Below are positions 61,516 to 64,000 of a stretch of DNA of 64,000 nucleotides, in pieces. The notes under the pieces are model-generated. The model saw only the letters and a list, made by a program, of their open reading frames with translations, was not told where the DNA came from and made no database searches. Numbering within the stretch: the stretch's first letter is position 1; each line of letters starts with the position of its first letter. This DNA is from Klebsormidium nitens (taxonomy: Eukaryota > Plantae > Klebsormidiophyceae): the NCBI GenBank assembly GCA_000708835.1, contig DF236966.1:186001-250000 (forward strand), read 5' to 3'. The position numbers and the translations under genes are program-made.

Positions 61516-63549
61516 ATGGCAAATGCAAAGCAGCTTTTGGGGCTGCTGGTGGTGGTCTTGTGCACTGGCGTGGCATCAGCCCAGGGCGCTGCGCCGCTGC
61601 CACCCTCCGAAGGTGAGGGCCTGACACCGTCCCATGCTGATGCAAATCTGCTGGGGGTGGGGGATGACTTCAAGAACTTGAGTGCAAGTTTAGCTCAGCT
61701 CCGGTGTTGAATCCTGGGGGCCTATGGCGATTGTTTAAAGTCGATGTGGTAAAGCAGTGAGCTGCATGATGGACTTGGTGGCAAGCGGAAGAGACAAGCG
61801 GAGGGCTTTAATTCGGCGCGGTCCGCCCGCAGCCTCTCTTCATTGAGCTTCGTGCAAGTTGTTTTCCCTATGGGGAGCTTGGAAACTTTAGACCTCTTGA
61901 AGCAAGGCGCAATGTAGGAAAGCGAGGTTTGAGCAGTCTGCTCCATGTTGAAGGACCAGAGGTCGACCACCCAGTCGCATCTGTCACGGCGTGTAGATCA
62001 GCGCCCAACGGCAGCTTCACAGTCCCTGCAAGCTGAGCAAAGCTGCTTTACCGCCTCAAAAGAGTTTGTTTACGGATGGGCCGCTCGTCTGTGCTGAATG
62101 TGGGCTGGGCTGTGCTGAAAGCTCCAGAGCGGAAGCCAAGGGCGCCCTGCACCCCTGGGGCTATACAATATCAGCTGGGGCTTCAAAAAGGCCTGATGTT
62201 GCTCTCTTGACTCACGACATATCATATATCGTACGCCGATTAATATTACCCAATTTCCAACCAATTCATTTACAGGTGGAAGCTTTCATCGGTGTTCTCC
62301 ATCAGTTGCGTAGAATTTTCGATGCCCTTTGGATAACATAACTGCTCAGACATGTCTTCGGACTAGCCAAACTTGGTTTCTGCCTCAGATCTTTTGCGGA
62401 GCTGCACAGGGCCCCAAGATCTGTCACACCCCACCCTTAGTTACGAGTAAAGTTGCCGGGCAGCTAACCAGAAGCCAGTGTACCACCAACCCGGAAAAAC
62501 TGATGCAACTTTCTCCCTTCTGCAGTGGCGGCCATCTTCAGCATTAGGCAAAAATGGCTGGGCAATCCTGTGGTGTATACATGGAACGGGCAGGACCCGT
62601 GCAATCTGTGGAACGGGGTCGTTTGCTTCCAGGACCCGTTTACAGGCAGCAACAATATTGTAGGACTGTGAGTAGCTCCCGGCCCTCGGACTGCTTGCTA
62701 GAATCTCTTGGGGTCTCACTACACCTATCCTGGTCGATCTGCAATCAGAGGAGCTGAACGAAGGGCATGCCCGACTGGTTAAGGCCATTATGTTTGGGCA
62801 GGCGTTTCACTGTTGTTTGAATGCTGAGAGGAATGAGGCCAGTCATGAGCCCGGAGTCCTTCACAATCAAACAGACTTAGTCAACAACATTCTGCATTTT
62901 TTCGTATCGAAGAATGGCACAATCCAACTTCTGAGCTCAGGTTTGGGTGCCTATGAAACGATGACACGCACGCTTGTGAGAATCAAGAATTATGTTTGGT
63001 GTATGTTTCTGCGATCCGCCTGGACTGGGCAGCTCACTCAATGGACAGGTGTTTAGAGAATTGGGTACAGGAAGGTTGCGCACGATCAAATTTTCTTCAG
63101 TCATCAGAGCATCGGAGGTGGCAAGACTATGCAGAGTGCCCTGAGGTTTCAAAAGTGCAGAAGGGCGGCCAGCCTAAAGTGAACAGAAGTAGGAACAATC
63201 AGATTCAGCCAGCTGAGAATGTTAATAGCAGAGTCGCCAAGAAATGATTCTCTCTGAAGTAGGATCTCTTGCTGAGCGTCCAGACTTTTCAAGATTTCCT
63301 TGGATAGCACAGTCAGAATGTGCCTTACTTATGGTCAATTCGTTTGGCCAGGTTGCCACTCGGTTGCTCAAGCATGAGCCAAAGCAAGTTCTTTACTTGT
63401 GCAGGAGCCTTGCAAATGCAAATGTACCTGGGCCGATCCCTCCCGAGGTCGGCAATTTCAGCCGGCTAAACTCTCTCGTCCTCACCAATAATAGGTTCAC
63501 AGGGACCATCCCCCCTGAACTGAGCAGCCTGTTCTACCTCAAGAAGATG
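61516..63549 (+). CDS. Secreted or receptor-like plant-type LRR protein (5' part; continues beyond the window)
   Basis: Signal peptide exon 61516-~61612 (MANAKQLLGLLVVVLCTGVASA). LRRNT cap exon ~62526-62669 (TWNGQDPCNLWNGVVC). LRR exon ~63404-63549 (LSLANANVPGPIPPEVGNFSRLNSLVLTNNRFTGTIPPELSSLFYLK). Confidence 0.85.
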
Positions 63550-63636
63550 TGAGCAGCCAAATCCTAGCCTCCATTCTAATTGCATGCAATTTCTGTCATA
63601 ATGTTTCGAACTAGGGGCCCTCCTTCCAGCTTCTTC

Positions 63637-63680
63637 TTCCAATAATTGGAATCTTCCAATAATTGGAATCTTCCAATAAT
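63637..63680. repeat. 17-bp tandem repeat in an intron of the LRR gene
   Basis: TCTTCCAATAATTGGAA repeated about 2.5 times. Confidence 0.8.
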
Positions 63681-64000
63681 CTTGGCAATAATTCGAGCAT
63701 GACACATCCTTTTGAGTCTCTTCTTCTGACTGTTGTAAAATCACCTAACCAGGGTTTCCAAATGAAGATTCTTGGCATCTTTACGTCAGTGTTCTGCCAG
63801 AATATGCAACAAGAACCGCTTCTTGTGGCGCTCCAACTTACCGCTACCTGCCGTGTCAGGTTTCGCAACATGTCTTTTAGTATTGGTTGGTAAGATCGTC
63901 CAGCTGCAGGAGCCAGCAACGGATTCAGGTAGCTATCTGTTCATCTTAATATTCTGGTCTCCAGGCCCTTCCTAAGACAGTGGAGCAGCGCGGATCGAGT

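Noticed and set aside
63645-63675. GAAtcTTC pairs resembling an HSE
   Set aside because: By-product of a 17-bp tandem repeat in an intron; the units are not contiguous.
1-64000. tRNA, rRNA or intact transposase/retroelement
   Set aside because: No tRNA box pattern, rRNA similarity, RT/integrase or DDE motifs recognised by eye; tRNAscan-SE, Infernal and RepeatModeler would be needed to exclude them formally.

Overview
Eukaryotic, intron-rich DNA with GC-rich exons and canonical GT-AG introns. The plant-type proteins suggest a streptophyte alga such as Klebsormidium (inference only). About 12 genes can be assembled by hand. In order: IRE1 kinase/RNase (+), NEDD8 E2 RCE1/UBC12 (-), UFM1 protease UFSP2 (+), class I-like small HSP with an HSE promoter (-), a signal-peptide-bearing APX-related heme peroxidase (+), a mitochondrial SDR (-), an AIM25/scramblase-family protein (+), a tandem pair of uncharacterised paralogs of which the second has LEA3/perilipin-like repeats and a C-terminal RVxF motif (+,+), an F-box protein with an unusual C-terminal domain (-), an NmrA-like protein (+), and the 5' part of a secreted plant-type LRR protein (+). 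Main oddities: (1) decayed 'echo' copies of splice acceptor plus exon head just upstream of real exons in three genes, two of them exactly 138 nt upstream and in frame; (2) a frameshift inside the IRE1 kinase exon, most likely a homopolymer assembly error; (3) a secretory class I-type peroxidase with class III-like traits; (4) the unnamed paralog pair with a symmetric-exon repeat array. No rRNA, tRNA, CRISPR array or intact transposon was recognised. Exon coordinates were read by eye and need RNA-seq confirmation.
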